Made by a program: the position numbers and the translations under genes
In this document: positions 29,568 to 40,306 of the stretch, piece by piece
Position numbering within the stretch: the first letter of the stretch is position 1
Layout: each line of letters begins with the position of its first letter
Assembly (NCBI GenBank): GCA_965208615.1
Contig: CBDBPB010000006.1
Location: 64,001 to 128,000, forward strand
Source: Spirochaetota bacterium
Lineage (GTDB): Bacteria; Spirochaetota; UBA6919; CBDBPB01
DNA length: 64,000 nucleotides
Direction: 5' to 3'
Notes under the pieces: model-generated
The model's input: the letters and a program-made list of their open reading frames with translations, nothing else
Database searches by the model: none
Told to the model about the DNA's origin: nothing

Positions 29568-30023
29568 GTGAGCTTTATTATGAAAGTTAAAATTGATAAT
29601 ATAAAAATAAAGAATCGTATTCGTGAAAATATGGGGGACTTAATTGGACTAGAAGAATCTATTAAAACTTACGGATTATTAAACCCTATACTTATTAGTC
29701 AAAATTATGAACTCTTAGCAGGTGCAAGACGTTTGCTGGTCTGTAGGCACATGGGATGGAAAGAAATTGAAGTAAATATTATAAATATAACTGGAGAACT
29801 TGATAAACTCGAAATCGAAAGTCATGAAAACTTGATGAGAAAAGACTTTGCCCAAGATGAAATTAATAAGATTATTAATAAGAAGGTAAAGTTGTTAAAA
29901 AAAGGTGTTTTTTATTCAACTATAAGATTTTTTAAAAGGATGTTTTCTTCAATTTCATTGTTTTTCTCAAAGGTTTTTAAAAAAACTCGCTCGATTAGTA
30001 GTGATAAATCTAATTATAGTTAA
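29568..30023 (+). CDS. Stand-alone ParB/Srx N-terminal (CTPase-like) domain with C-terminal amphipathic helix
   Basis: 'LEESIKTYGLLNPILI..YELLAGARRL', ENLMRKD; no HTH; tail VFYSTIRFFKRMFSSISLFFSKVFKK. ATG at 29580 is the likely start. Confidence 0.82.
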   Translation: MSFIMKVKIDNIKIKNRIRENMGDLIGLEESIKTYGLLNPILISQNYELLAGARRLLVCRHMGWKEIEVNIINITGELDKLEIESHENLMRKDFAQDEINKIINKKVKLLKKGVFYSTIRFFKRMFSSISLFFSKVFKKTRSISSDKSNYS

Positions 30024-30082
30024 CTTATAAGCCTATTATTAACGTTTTTGTATAACTATATATTGTTTTTGGTTGGGGATAT

Positions 30083-31276
30083 ATGAAGGTTTTGGCAATT
30101 ATTTTAGCAGGCGGTAAAAGAAAAGAGTTAAGACAGCTTGTGGATAATAGATGTAAGGCGGCTGTTCCGTTTTTAGGTAAGTACAGAGTTATTGATTTTG
30201 TGCTGTCTAACTGCCTAAACTCTGGTATTAGACACGTTAATATTATAGTGCAACATAAATTTAGCTCTTTACAAAAACATATTAGGGATGGTTGGTCTGT
30301 ATACTCCACTACTACAGGGGAGTATATTGATGTTTATCCTCCTCAGCAGAGGTATGGAGAAAGCTGGTATAGAGGTTCTGCTGACTCTGTATACCAGAAT
30401 ATGTATACTATTGAAAATGAAAATCCTGACTATGTCCTTACTCTATCTGGAGATCATATTTATAAGATGAACTATAGGAAGCTTATAGATTTTCATATAA
30501 CTAAAAAGGCTGATTTAACTATTGCAAGTGTACCTGTTCCTTTAAGTCACTCTAGTAAGTTTGGCGTTATGAAGGTGGGTGAGCATGATCGTGTTTTGGA
30601 TTTTAAAGAAAAACCTAGAGATTATGACTGTCAAGGAGGACAGTGTTTAGCATCTATGGGTTTATACATTTTTTCTACGAATGTTTTAAGGAATATTTTT
30701 AAAGAAAAGGGTATTTTTAATGATAATAACTTAAAAGATGAAATGATTGGCTTTGGTAGTCATATTATTCCGAAAATAGTATCGGATCATAGGGTGTTTA
30801 CTTATAAGTTTGTAAATCCTGATGGCTCCTCTAAATATTGGAACTATTTAGGTAGTCTAAAAGAGTATTATAATGGCAATATGGCTATCTTGAATAGAAG
30901 CTGCGATGTTAATCTATATGATGCAGATTGGCCTTTTCATACTTTTCAGAGTCAGAGTCCGCCGACTAGAACCTTTTCTAAGGAGAATTTAATTTATAAT
31001 TCTTTAATATCTAGTGGGGGCTTAATAGAGGGTGAAGTAAATAATTCTATTTTGGGTACAAACGTTACCATTGAGCCAGGGGCTAACATTGAGGATTCTA
31101 TATTATTTGATAATGTTTGTGTAAAAAGTGGAGCTAAAATAAAAAAAGCCGTTATTGATAAGGATATTACAGTGTCGAACGCGTTAAATGCAAACAACCT
31201 TGAAGGCTGGAGCGAATATACGGTTACTAATGATAATATTGTTGTTATAGGTAAGGGAGCTAAATATACTAACTAA
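30083..31276 (+). CDS. glgC: Glucose-1-phosphate adenylyltransferase family protein, divergent (GlgC/GlgD-like)
   Basis: AVPF.GKYRVIDFVLSNCLNSG, WYRGSADSVYQN, LSGDHIYKMNY, FKEKP, ASMGLYIF, C-terminal beta-helix; several conserved residues are altered. Confidence 0.8.
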   Translation: MKVLAIILAGGKRKELRQLVDNRCKAAVPFLGKYRVIDFVLSNCLNSGIRHVNIIVQHKFSSLQKHIRDGWSVYSTTTGEYIDVYPPQQRYGESWYRGSADSVYQNMYTIENENPDYVLTLSGDHIYKMNYRKLIDFHITKKADLTIASVPVPLSHSSKFGVMKVGEHDRVLDFKEKPRDYDCQGGQCLASMGLYIFSTNVLRNIFKEKGIFNDNNLKDEMIGFGSHIIPKIVSDHRVFTYKFVNPDGSSKYWNYLGSLKEYYNGNMAILNRSCDVNLYDADWPFHTFQSQSPPTRTFSKENLIYNSLISSGGLIEGEVNNSILGTNVTIEPGANIEDSILFDNVCVKSGAKIKKAVIDKDITVSNALNANNLEGWSEYTVTNDNIVVIGKGAKYTN

Positions 31277-31281
31277 AAATT

Positions 31282-32262
31282 ATGATAAATAGAATTTTCT
31301 CTGGTATTCAGCCAAGTGGAGAGCTTCATGTTGGTAATTATTTAGGGGCTATAAAAAACTGGGTATCTTTATCCAATCAGTATAAGTGTATTTTTTCTAT
31401 TGTTGATTACCATGCAATTACTATCAATTATGATATTGCCTTAATGGGTAAAAGAATATGGAACGCTGTATTAGATAATATTGCATGTGGTATTGATCCT
31501 AATAAAACTTTATTATTTATACAATCTCATGTTCCTGAGCATACTGAATTAGCATGGATATTAAGCTCTATAACCTCTATTGGTGATCTTGAACGTATGA
31601 CGCAATATAAGGATAAGGCTAAGCATAATAAGGATAATATAAATGCTGGTTTATTTACTTATCCTATTCTCCAAACTGCAGATATTATATTATATAAGGC
31701 TGATGGTGTTCCAGTAGGGGAAGATCAGGTTCAGCATATTGAGTTAGCTAGGGAAATTGTTAGAAGTTTTAATAGGCGGTATTCTAAGGTGTTTCCTGAG
31801 CCTAAAGAGATTTTATCTAAGGGTACTCGTATTTACGGACTTGACGGCAAAGCCAAAATGAGTAAGAGTATGAATAATTATATATCCCTTAATGAGTCAA
31901 GGGATAGCCTTAAAAAAAAGGTTATGTCTGCTGTTACTGATGAAAATAGAAAGCTTAGAACCGATAAAGGTAATCCTGATATTTGCAATATTTTTTCTAT
32001 GCACAAGTTTTTTACTTTTCGGGATAAGATTAATGAGATTGCTGTTGAGTGTAGAAGTGCTGGTATTGGTTGTGTAGACTGCAAGGCTATATTGATTAGT
32101 GGTATATGGTCTACTATAAAGCCTATACAGGATAAGCGTAGTTTATTAAAAAATGATATGAGCAATATAAAAGATATTATTATTAATAATGCTAAAACTT
32201 GTAAGAAAATAGCAGAGAGTACTATGTTAGAGGTAAAGGATGCTATGGGCTTATCTTTGTGA
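31282..32262 (+). CDS. trpS: Tryptophan--tRNA ligase
   Basis: SGIQPSG.LHVGNYLGA (HIGH), YPILQTADI, VPVGEDQ, KMSKS. Confidence 0.97.
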   Translation: MINRIFSGIQPSGELHVGNYLGAIKNWVSLSNQYKCIFSIVDYHAITINYDIALMGKRIWNAVLDNIACGIDPNKTLLFIQSHVPEHTELAWILSSITSIGDLERMTQYKDKAKHNKDNINAGLFTYPILQTADIILYKADGVPVGEDQVQHIELAREIVRSFNRRYSKVFPEPKEILSKGTRIYGLDGKAKMSKSMNNYISLNESRDSLKKKVMSAVTDENRKLRTDKGNPDICNIFSMHKFFTFRDKINEIAVECRSAGIGCVDCKAILISGIWSTIKPIQDKRSLLKNDMSNIKDIIINNAKTCKKIAESTMLEVKDAMGLSL

Positions 32263-32352
32263 TTATTTAAAATTATTATTAAAAAGTTCTTTTTATATAT
32301 ATAAAGGTTTTTAGGGTTATACTTTATATATAGCTTTATATTTGGGGATATT

Positions 32353-34170
32353 ATGTGTGGTATTATTGGATATGTAGGTTATAAAAACAGTATTCCAATA
32401 TTGATTGACGGCTTAAAAAGGCTTGAGTATAGGGGATATGACTCAGCTGGAATATCCTACTATAATAATGAGCTTATTACTATTAAGGATGTTGGTAAGA
32501 TAAATAATATTGAGGGGCTTATAGATAAGGGTGAGAGTTCGTCTGTTGGAATAGGTCATACAAGATGGGCTACTCATGGAAAAGTAACTAAGGCTAATGC
32601 TCATCCTCATGGAGATTGTCATAATAATTTTATTGTTGCTCATAATGGTATTATAGAAAACTATAAAAAGCTAAAAAAATATTTACTCGATAGAGGGCAT
32701 AATTTTATCAGTGAAACAGATACTGAGGTTATTGCCCATCTTATTGAGGATAATTATGACGGTGATTTAGAGAAAGCTGTACGAAAAACTCTTAGGCAAC
32801 TTGTTGGAACTTATGGATTAATTATATTTTCGATTTATGAGCCTAAAAAGTTATTAGCGGTTAGATATGGTAGTCCTCTTATTATTGGCAAGGGGGATGG
32901 AGAACATTTTATTGTAAGTGATGTAGCTGGTATATTGCGTTATACATCTGATGTTATTTATTTAGAGGACGGTGAAATAGTAACTGTTACTAAGGATTTA
33001 TTTTCCATAAAGAATATGGATAATGAGACTGTTAATAAAAATCTTAACAAGGTTAATTGGCATCTTGAGGATATTAGTAAAAATGGTTATCCTACATTTA
33101 TGCTTAAGGAGATATATGAGCAGACTCAGAGCATAAATAATGCTATTAGGGGAAGGACTAATTTATCTGAGGGAACTTCGGTTCTATCTGCGTTTAGGGG
33201 TATTAAGCTTAGTAGGATTAACAGGATTATTATTACAGCAATGGGTACATCTTATCACGCCGCAAAGATTGGGGAATATTTAATAGAGGAATTTAGTCGT
33301 ATTCCTGTTGAGGTGGAGTATGCAGCAGAATTACGCTATAGAGGGCCTATTATAAATAGTAAAACACTTGTTATAGTTATTAGTCAATCTGGAGAGACTG
33401 CTGATACTTTGGGAGCCTTAAGAGAGGCTAAATTAAAGGGTGCAACGGTTTTGTCTATTTGCAATGTTGTTGGTAGTAGTATTGCACGGGAGAGTCATTG
33501 TGGAATATTTATTCATGCTGGTCCTGAAATTGGTGTTGCTAGTACAAAGGCATTTACCTCTCAAATTGTTATACTTTGTCTGATAGCGTTATACATTGGT
33601 AGAGTCAGGCAATTATCCTTAGAGGCAGGTAAAAAAATTGCTAAAGAGATAGAGGATTTACCAAATTTAGTTGAAAGGGTACTTAAGACATCTTCTTCTT
33701 GTATAGAGACTATAGCACAGCAGTTTCTATCATGTACTAATGCTCTTTATCTTGGAAGGGGTTATAATTATCCTGTTGCGCTAGAGGGAGCTTTAAAATT
33801 AAAGGAAATATCTTACATACACGCAGAAGGCTATAATGCCGCGGAGATGAAGCATGGACCAATTGCTTTAATCGATGAGAATATGCCAGTTTTTGTTATT
33901 GCTCTAAATGACTTTTTGTATGATAAAATTATTAATACCATAGAAGAGGTTAAAGCAAGAAAGGGTATTGTTATTGCCATTGCAACTGAGGGTAATTATG
34001 AGATTAGAAAACTGGTGGATCATGTTATTTTCATCCCCAAAGTAACTGACTATCTATCCCCCATTTTAGCGGTTATTCCTCTTCAATTAATTGCCTATTA
34101 TATTTCTGTTTTGAAGGGATGTAATGTTGATCAGCCTAGGAACTTAGCAAAAAGTGTTACGGTGGAGTAG
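32353..34170 (+). CDS. glmS: Glutamine--fructose-6-phosphate transaminase
   Basis: MCGIIG, LEYRGYDSAG, GHTRWATHG, SQSGETADT, EMKHGP, PRNLAKSVTVE. Confidence 0.98.
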   Translation: MCGIIGYVGYKNSIPILIDGLKRLEYRGYDSAGISYYNNELITIKDVGKINNIEGLIDKGESSSVGIGHTRWATHGKVTKANAHPHGDCHNNFIVAHNGIIENYKKLKKYLLDRGHNFISETDTEVIAHLIEDNYDGDLEKAVRKTLRQLVGTYGLIIFSIYEPKKLLAVRYGSPLIIGKGDGEHFIVSDVAGILRYTSDVIYLEDGEIVTVTKDLFSIKNMDNETVNKNLNKVNWHLEDISKNGYPTFMLKEIYEQTQSINNAIRGRTNLSEGTSVLSAFRGIKLSRINRIIITAMGTSYHAAKIGEYLIEEFSRIPVEVEYAAELRYRGPIINSKTLVIVISQSGETADTLGALREAKLKGATVLSICNVVGSSIARESHCGIFIHAGPEIGVASTKAFTSQIVILCLIALYIGRVRQLSLEAGKKIAKEIEDLPNLVERVLKTSSSCIETIAQQFLSCTNALYLGRGYNYPVALEGALKLKEISYIHAEGYNAAEMKHGPIALIDENMPVFVIALNDFLYDKIINTIEEVKARKGIVIAIATEGNYEIRKLVDHVIFIPKVTDYLSPILAVIPLQLIAYYISVLKGCNVDQPRNLAKSVTVE

Positions 34171-34200
34171 TTTTTAAAAGTAATAAAATAATTATATAGT

Positions 34201-34515
34201 TTACCACATGCTGTCTAGTAGGTATAATCCAAGATCTATGGCATTAGAATTGTATTTAAACCATACAATTTTACTTTCGATATTAATAGTTAGATTATTA
34301 TTAAAAGTAACCTTAAGTGTAACGGGTAAGTCTTCTTCTATATTGTATACTAATATACCTGGATTTATAATTTCTCCTTTAACACCGTTTTTTGATGCAT
34401 TAACAACATTAAGCTCAACAATGATATTTTTATTATCTTTGTTAAAGCTCAAAAAAGACTGTTTGACTATTCCTTTATTAGGCATTCTGGGATTTATACG
34501 TTGATTGTTATCCAT
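34201..34515 (-). CDS. Single PilZ-domain protein (putative c-di-GMP receptor)
   Basis: QRINPR (RxxxR), NASKNG (D/NxSxxG), 'SKIVW', 'LGL.L'; directly downstream of hemL. Confidence 0.72.
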   Translation of the reverse strand: MDNNQRINPRMPNKGIVKQSFLSFNKDNKNIIVELNVVNASKNGVKGEIINPGILVYNIEEDLPVTLKVTFNNNLTINIESKIVWFKYNSNAIDLGLYLLDSMW

Positions 34516-34517
34516 AA

Positions 34518-35798
34518 CTATAAATACACCTTTTTTAAGGCCGTATAGTTAGCTTTAAGTGTTTTTTCTATATCGTTTTTTGAGTGAGCAAGAGAGATAA
34601 ATCCTGCTTCAAATTGGGATGGTGCTATATAAATGCCTAAATTTATCATTTCTTTAAAGTAGTTTGCAAACTTTTTGCTGTCGGATGTACTTGCACTTTG
34701 AAAGTCTATTACTTTTTCGTTAGTAAAGAATAACGAAAACATAGACCCAATTCTATTAAATGATAATGTTAGTCCAAGGTTTTTAATATTTTCATTAATT
34801 CCCTCTTCTAACAGAGCAGAAGTATTTTCTAATTGTTCGTATACGTTTGATTTATTGAGTAGTTTTAGTGTTTCAAGCCCAGCAGTCATGGCAACAGGAT
34901 TCCCTGATAGTGTTCCAGCCTGATAAATATTACCAATGGGTGCTATACACTCCATAATTTCTTTTTTACCGCCATAAGCTCCTACGGGTAGGCCACCACC
35001 AATTATTTTACCCAAGCAGGTAATATCGGGATTTATATTGTATATCCCCTGTGCACCTTGCAGTGAGACTCTAAATCCAGTCATAACCTCGTCGAATATT
35101 AACAGTATACCCTCACTAGAACATAGAGAAGATAATTTATCAAGAAAGTTATTAACAGGGGGAATACACCCTGCATTACCCATTATTGGTTCTATTATGA
35201 CAGCGGCAATTTGATTCTTATATTTTTCTACCAATGACTCAACAGATTTTATATTATTAAACCTTGCAGTTAGGGTATCTTTGGCAATAGAGTTAGTAAC
35301 GCCTTTTGAGTCTGGGATTCCTAGGGTTAATAAGCCAGAACCAGCTTTAATTAGGAAGCTGTCTCCGTGTCCATGATAGCATCCCTCAAATTTGATTATT
35401 TTATCTCGATTAGTGTATCCCCTAGCCAGTCTTATAGCGGACATAGTTGCCTCAGTGCCAGAGTTAACCATTCTTACCATATCAACAGATGGCAGAATAG
35501 AGGTAATTAGTTCAGCCATTTCTAATTCTAGTGTACATGGGGCTCCAAAGCTTGTACCATTAAGGATTGTTTTATTAATGGCATTAAGGATATTTATATT
35601 AGCATGTCCAAGGATCATAGGCCCCCATGAGCCAACGTAGTCAATATATTCGTTATTATCAACGTCATATATTTTTGAGTTTTTTGCTTTGCTTATAAAA
35701 ACTGGTGATAATCCAACGGATTTAAAGGCTCTTACAGGGGAGTTAACACCACCTGGTATAACTTTTAAAGCTCTTTCTAATAGTTTTTGGCTTTTCAT
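34518..35798 (-). CDS. hemL: Glutamate-1-semialdehyde 2,1-aminomutase
   Basis: [46 protein letters not shown]; start taken at ATG 35798 (MKSQKL). Confidence 0.96.
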   Translation of the reverse strand: MKSQKLLERALKVIPGGVNSPVRAFKSVGLSPVFISKAKNSKIYDVDNNEYIDYVGSWGPMILGHANINILNAINKTILNGTSFGAPCTLELEMAELITSILPSVDMVRMVNSGTEATMSAIRLARGYTNRDKIIKFEGCYHGHGDSFLIKAGSGLLTLGIPDSKGVTNSIAKDTLTARFNNIKSVESLVEKYKNQIAAVIIEPIMGNAGCIPPVNNFLDKLSSLCSSEGILLIFDEVMTGFRVSLQGAQGIYNINPDITCLGKIIGGGLPVGAYGGKKEIMECIAPIGNIYQAGTLSGNPVAMTAGLETLKLLNKSNVYEQLENTSALLEEGINENIKNLGLTLSFNRIGSMFSLFFTNEKVIDFQSASTSDSKKFANYFKEMINLGIYIAPSQFEAGFISLAHSKNDIEKTLKANYTALKKVYL

Positions 35799-35808
35799 AT
35801 AGATATTC

Positions 35809-36756
35809 CTAGTTATTTTTATCAAACTTTCTAATTGTGCAGTTGCTAAGCCACTCACAATTAACGCATACGGGGTCATTACTGCTAAAGTCTTCTTCTG
35901 AACAAATATTAGCATTATTGTTTAGGCTAACTTTTATAGAGTTAATTTCATTTATATCTTTTTGAGTAAGGGTAGAATTATTTTCTAGTTTGTTAAGGAG
36001 GTAGGTATAAAAGTTATTTTTATTTGGTTTATTTTTTGGTTTATTTATAGAAGAGAGTTTTTCTTTATTTTTGTTTGTATTTCCGAGTATAAAATAAGCT
36101 ATGAGAGCAATGTTAGCCATATTTATTATTATAATGTTTATAGAGCTAAGGTTAATTAAGATTTCGTATAAGCTAGTTATTTTAGATAGGCTGATTAAGT
36201 TTGTGAATACGAGAAATAGTAATATTATAAAGCTAAAATTAGCAATTTTATCAAAGGTATTTCTCCATGAATATGGTATAAAATATCTTGCTATTGCTCC
36301 GCCATCAAGGGGAGGGATTGGGATTAGGTTAAACACCATTAATATAACGTTAATTAGGACATACACATATAATATAGTTGATAATATATTATTAGGGGGT
36401 ATAGCAAATGCATTTATTATTAATATTCCAAGGCAGGCCTGGATGAAATTGCTAAAGGGGCCTGCAAATGATATTACTGCGTGATCCTTTGCAGGGTTTT
36501 TTAATTTTGCAATAGATATTGGTACTGGTTTCATCCATCCAAAGGCAAAGCCAGTAGTCATTATTAATATTACTGGGAATATTATAGTACCTATTAGGTC
36601 TATATGGGCAAAAGGGTTTATTGTCATTCTACCCTGGTTTTTAGCAGTAGAGTCACCTAAATAGTTGGCACTAACTGCATGGGCAAACTCATGTATTGAT
36701 CCAGCTATTATAAAGGTGATAAAGTAGATTATAAACAAAGATATTTGTTTATCCAA
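35809..36756 (-). CDS. Site-2 protease (M50) with C-terminal Cys4 extension
   Basis: HEFAH (HExxH), [18 protein letters not shown]; tail C-x11-C-x2-C-x5-C. Confidence 0.9.
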   Translation of the reverse strand: MDKQISLFIIYFITFIIAGSIHEFAHAVSANYLGDSTAKNQGRMTINPFAHIDLIGTIIFPVILIMTTGFAFGWMKPVPISIAKLKNPAKDHAVISFAGPFSNFIQACLGILIINAFAIPPNNILSTILYVYVLINVILMVFNLIPIPPLDGGAIARYFIPYSWRNTFDKIANFSFIILLFLVFTNLISLSKITSLYEILINLSSINIIIINMANIALIAYFILGNTNKNKEKLSSINKPKNKPNKNNFYTYLLNKLENNSTLTQKDINEINSIKVSLNNNANICSEEDFSSNDPVCVNCEWLSNCTIRKFDKNN

Positions 36757-36891
36757 TGGGTATTCCTATAATTTATTTTATTCTTATACATAAACTTAAG
36801 TTAAAATATTACTGATGAAGATATATAAAATGAAAGTAAAAGGAAAGTAATTTTTATATTCGCTTATAAAGGTATATTTTAAATATTTATG

Positions 36892-37638
36892 TTATTTATA
36901 GGCTCTAATATTGGCACACAATGCCAGGGGGTGATTAGTTCTTGCATTACGGAGTTTAGAGATTACTTTAATTTCTTTAAAGCCAAGCTTTTCCATAAGG
37001 GATAGAAAGTCTACTTCGGTTAATGCACCACCGATACAGCGAAACCAATCATTAATATTTTTTTTAATATCATCTTTAAGAGGTGCACTTAATACTATTT
37101 CTGAGAATACAGTACGCCCACCGGGTTTTAGTACTCTAAAAACTTCTTTCATAACGGCTTCTTTATTAGGGGATAGGTTATAAATTCCATTTGAGGCTAC
37201 TAAATCAAAAAAGTTATCATCGAATGGTATGTTGTCAGAGGTACTATTAATAAGTTCGACTCCGAGGATACTAGCTTCTTTTAGATTAGTTTTAGCTTTA
37301 TCCAGCATTTTTTGTGATATATCTAATCCATATACCTTTGCAGAAGATTTAGCATAAAAGAAGAGGTCTAGTCCTGCACCACATCCTAGGTCGAGGACTA
37401 CTTCATTTTTTTTTATATTGACAAAGGGTTGTGGGTTATTAGCTCCGGTAAAAGATTCGCTAAAGGCGGGGGATAGTTTATCTAAAACGTCTTTTGGATA
37501 GCCTACTTTAATAGCGAAGTCTTTACCTACTGGAAAAGGAAATTTATCATTAGGACTAATCGCAATATTGGAATATTTATTTTTAACAGCTTGTTTTATA
37601 TCATCATCATTCATGTTGTTAATAGACTTGTTATTCAT
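36892..37638 (-). CDS. SAM-dependent methyltransferase, ArsM-like
   Basis: VLDLGCGAGLD, GLDISQKML, FDLVASNG..NL, RVLKPGG, WFRCIGGAL. Confidence 0.8.
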   Translation of the reverse strand: MNNKSINNMNDDDIKQAVKNKYSNIAISPNDKFPFPVGKDFAIKVGYPKDVLDKLSPAFSESFTGANNPQPFVNIKKNEVVLDLGCGAGLDLFFYAKSSAKVYGLDISQKMLDKAKTNLKEASILGVELINSTSDNIPFDDNFFDLVASNGIYNLSPNKEAVMKEVFRVLKPGGRTVFSEIVLSAPLKDDIKKNINDWFRCIGGALTEVDFLSLMEKLGFKEIKVISKLRNARTNHPLALCANIRAYK

Positions 37639-37708
37639 AATCTACCTCTTTATATGTTTTTATGTTGATTAAAATATAATTTATCTATGATAAAAAATTA
37701 ACTTTTTA

Positions 37709-40306
37709 TTATTCGTATTTTAGTGCCTCTTTGATTTTTATTTTAAAAGTGCTTATTGCTGGGTAGTATGCGGATATAACGGATAATATTATTGCTCCTA
37801 TTATAACACAGAGTAATATATAGCCTGGCAGTGAGTATTCAAGGTGCCATCCAACGGTTTGCTTGTTGATGATGAATACGGTAATAATTGAAATAAGAAT
37901 CCCTGATATTAATCCCATAAGGGTTCCTATAATGCCAATTAAGCCGCCTTCAGTGATTATCATGGATTTGATTTGTTTTTTAGTAGCTCCTATAGTTCTT
38001 AATATAGCAATTTCTCTTTTTCGTTCAATTATGGATGATAATAGTGCATTAGTAATTCCCATCATTGCTATCATAATTGTGATTAATTCTAAAGCGTGAA
38101 AAACAGTAAAAGTATTATCTATGGCATTAGTTATCTCATTTTTGAAGTCATTTTGCGAGCTAAAAAGTAAACCTTCTGGATTATCAATAGTTTTATAAAG
38201 TTCTTTGCTAAACTGATTAACATTTATATTCTTTTTGAGATATATTTTAAAAATATCTACTTGCTTGTCATTCCAAAACCGCTTAAAGGTGTTTCTATCC
38301 ATGCTTATAATGTCTTTATCATAAATATAATTTGCTAGTATTCCAACCACCTTAAAGTTATGATATTTTTTATTGGTTTTCAGTTTAATAAAATCCCCTA
38401 TATCAATACTGTTAGACAGGGCAAAGCTATTTGAAATAAAAACTCCATTATGGTTTTTTAATAAGTCAAAGCTTATATTACGATTTTTTGAATATTTAAT
38501 AAAAGTGTAATTAGCATGTTCTTTTGCAACCTTCATCCTAAAAGAGTGGATAACTAAGGGATTATTATTATAAGAAATAGTATAAAACCTATAGTAGTCA
38601 ATATTTTTAATAGAATTAAGGTGTTTAATTGAGTTAATTCTATTTTCTGTCATGGGGTATAAATCACCTTCGGGGTAGGACGAACCAGAAAGAATAGAAA
38701 AGTCTGCATTATTAACTTGGTTAAACCATCTGTCAATAGAATAGTGATAGCTTTCGATTAGAGTAAAAATATTTATAATTAAGGCTATGCTAATCATTAA
38801 CGTACTTACGGTAATAGAGTTACGATTAGTATTTCTTAGTAGATTTTCATTTGCTATAGCCATTTCTATTTTGTTAATTTTGAATAAAATGCTTTTTAAT
38901 AACCAGGCTAAAACTTTTATAACAAGAGGGGATAACAAGGATATACCCAATATAATTAAAAAGTTTGCAAGGAATCCAAATAATGGAATACCGTATACGG
39001 GTTTTAATTGGGAACTTATATATGCAAGGAATAAAAATACTATACCAATTATGCTAATGGTTTTAATGTTTAATATTTTGCTATGTTCATAGCTAACAAA
39101 GCGTATACTCTCTATAGGGCTAATACGAAGAGCTGACATTGCAGGAATAAGTGATGATAAAAAAGATATAGTTATACCAATGGCTATTCCTATTGCCATA
39201 AGGGAAGGGTGAAAGGATATATCTTTAACATTGTTTATTGTGTAATAGCTAGTCATTTTACTAGTAAAGGCGTCCACAGATAAATGGGCTAATAGCCATC
39301 CTAAGCCTAAGCCTATTATTGACCCTATAGCACCTATAACTATACCTTCTAATGAGAATAGAAAAAGTATATCTATTTTAGTTGCCCCTAAGGCTCTTAA
39401 TATACCTATTTCTTTTCTTTGTTGTATGATAGAGCTATTTATAGTATTAAATATTAAATACATACCAACTAATAATGCAATCATACTAGCTATAGTTAGG
39501 TTTAGGTTGAAGGATTTATAAAGCTTACCTGAATAGGGTAAATCTTTTTTTAGATCTTTTATTTTAAAATCTTTTCCCAGTATTTTAGTTAGGTTATTTT
39601 TTACTTGTTTTGCACTGGAGTTGTTATTTAGGACTATATCAATTTTATCAATACTATTTTCTTTATTGAAGTAATATTGTGCAGAAAAGAAGTCCATTGC
39701 TATTAGGTTGCTATATTTGTATAGGGGATTTTTTTTATTTTTTATAACATCGAATATATTGAACTTTACCTCACCTTTTGCCGTTATGATATTGATGTTA
39801 GAGGTTTTAATCTTATGAGTTTTAATAAATCTTTCGGTAACTATTAGCTGATTGGGACTACTAAACAGCTTAGCTATCTTGCTTCTATTTAAACCCTTAC
39901 TTTGCATATTGTTTATTTTTATATTAGTTTTTAGAAGGTCGTATCCAAGGATTATAACGGGGATAGGTTTTTTAAGTTTTAGATTATCAGTTTTAGTCAT
40001 TCTTGTTTTTGTGGATACTATGGCAAAGATATTTTTTATACCTTTTACTTTTTTTATTTTGGGATAGTATAATTCATTAAATCCTTTTCTATTTTTGCTT
40101 ATTTGGAGATCGACATTTGGGGATATTGATAGTATTAAGTTTTTCATAGCTTTTTGAGCGGTAAAACTTGCAATTCTAATAGCAATAAATACTGCTATAC
40201 CAAGGCTTACTCCAAAGATTGATAGTATTGATTTTAGGCTATGTTTTTTTAGGTAGCGGTAAATGATTATTTTAATTAGATTAAGTTGCCTTATTAGTTG
40301 TTTCAT
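37709..40306 (-). CDS. ABC permease, duplicated MacB/FtsX-type (LolC/E-like)
   Basis: Two halves, each with a periplasmic domain and 'RKEIGILRALGAT' / 'REIAILRTIGAT' signatures. Confidence 0.9.
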   Translation of the reverse strand: MKQLIRQLNLIKIIIYRYLKKHSLKSILSIFGVSLGIAVFIAIRIASFTAQKAMKNLILSISPNVDLQISKNRKGFNELYYPKIKKVKGIKNIFAIVSTKTRMTKTDNLKLKKPIPVIILGYDLLKTNIKINNMQSKGLNRSKIAKLFSSPNQLIVTERFIKTHKIKTSNINIITAKGEVKFNIFDVIKNKKNPLYKYSNLIAMDFFSAQYYFNKENSIDKIDIVLNNNSSAKQVKNNLTKILGKDFKIKDLKKDLPYSGKLYKSFNLNLTIASMIALLVGMYLIFNTINSSIIQQRKEIGILRALGATKIDILFLFSLEGIVIGAIGSIIGLGLGWLLAHLSVDAFTSKMTSYYTINNVKDISFHPSLMAIGIAIGITISFLSSLIPAMSALRISPIESIRFVSYEHSKILNIKTISIIGIVFLFLAYISSQLKPVYGIPLFGFLANFLIILGISLLSPLVIKVLAWLLKSILFKINKIEMAIANENLLRNTNRNSITVSTLMISIALIINIFTLIESYHYSIDRWFNQVNNADFSILSGSSYPEGDLYPMTENRINSIKHLNSIKNIDYYRFYTISYNNNPLVIHSFRMKVAKEHANYTFIKYSKNRNISFDLLKNHNGVFISNSFALSNSIDIGDFIKLKTNKKYHNFKVVGILANYIYDKDIISMDRNTFKRFWNDKQVDIFKIYLKKNINVNQFSKELYKTIDNPEGLLFSSQNDFKNEITNAIDNTFTVFHALELITIMIAMMGITNALLSSIIERKREIAILRTIGATKKQIKSMIITEGGLIGIIGTLMGLISGILISIITVFIINKQTVGWHLEYSLPGYILLCVIIGAIILSVISAYYPAISTFKIKIKEALKYE

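Noticed and set aside
32263-32352. glmS ribozyme upstream of glmS
   Set aside because: Only 90 nt, almost all A/T, with no recognisable conserved core.
35799-35915. 39-codon N-terminal extension of hemL in the ORF track
   Set aside because: Overlaps the site-2 protease gene; HemL similarity starts at ATG 35798.
37000-37030. Selenocysteine in the ArsM-like methyltransferase
   Set aside because: The codon in WFRCIGG is TGT and the ORF is uninterrupted.
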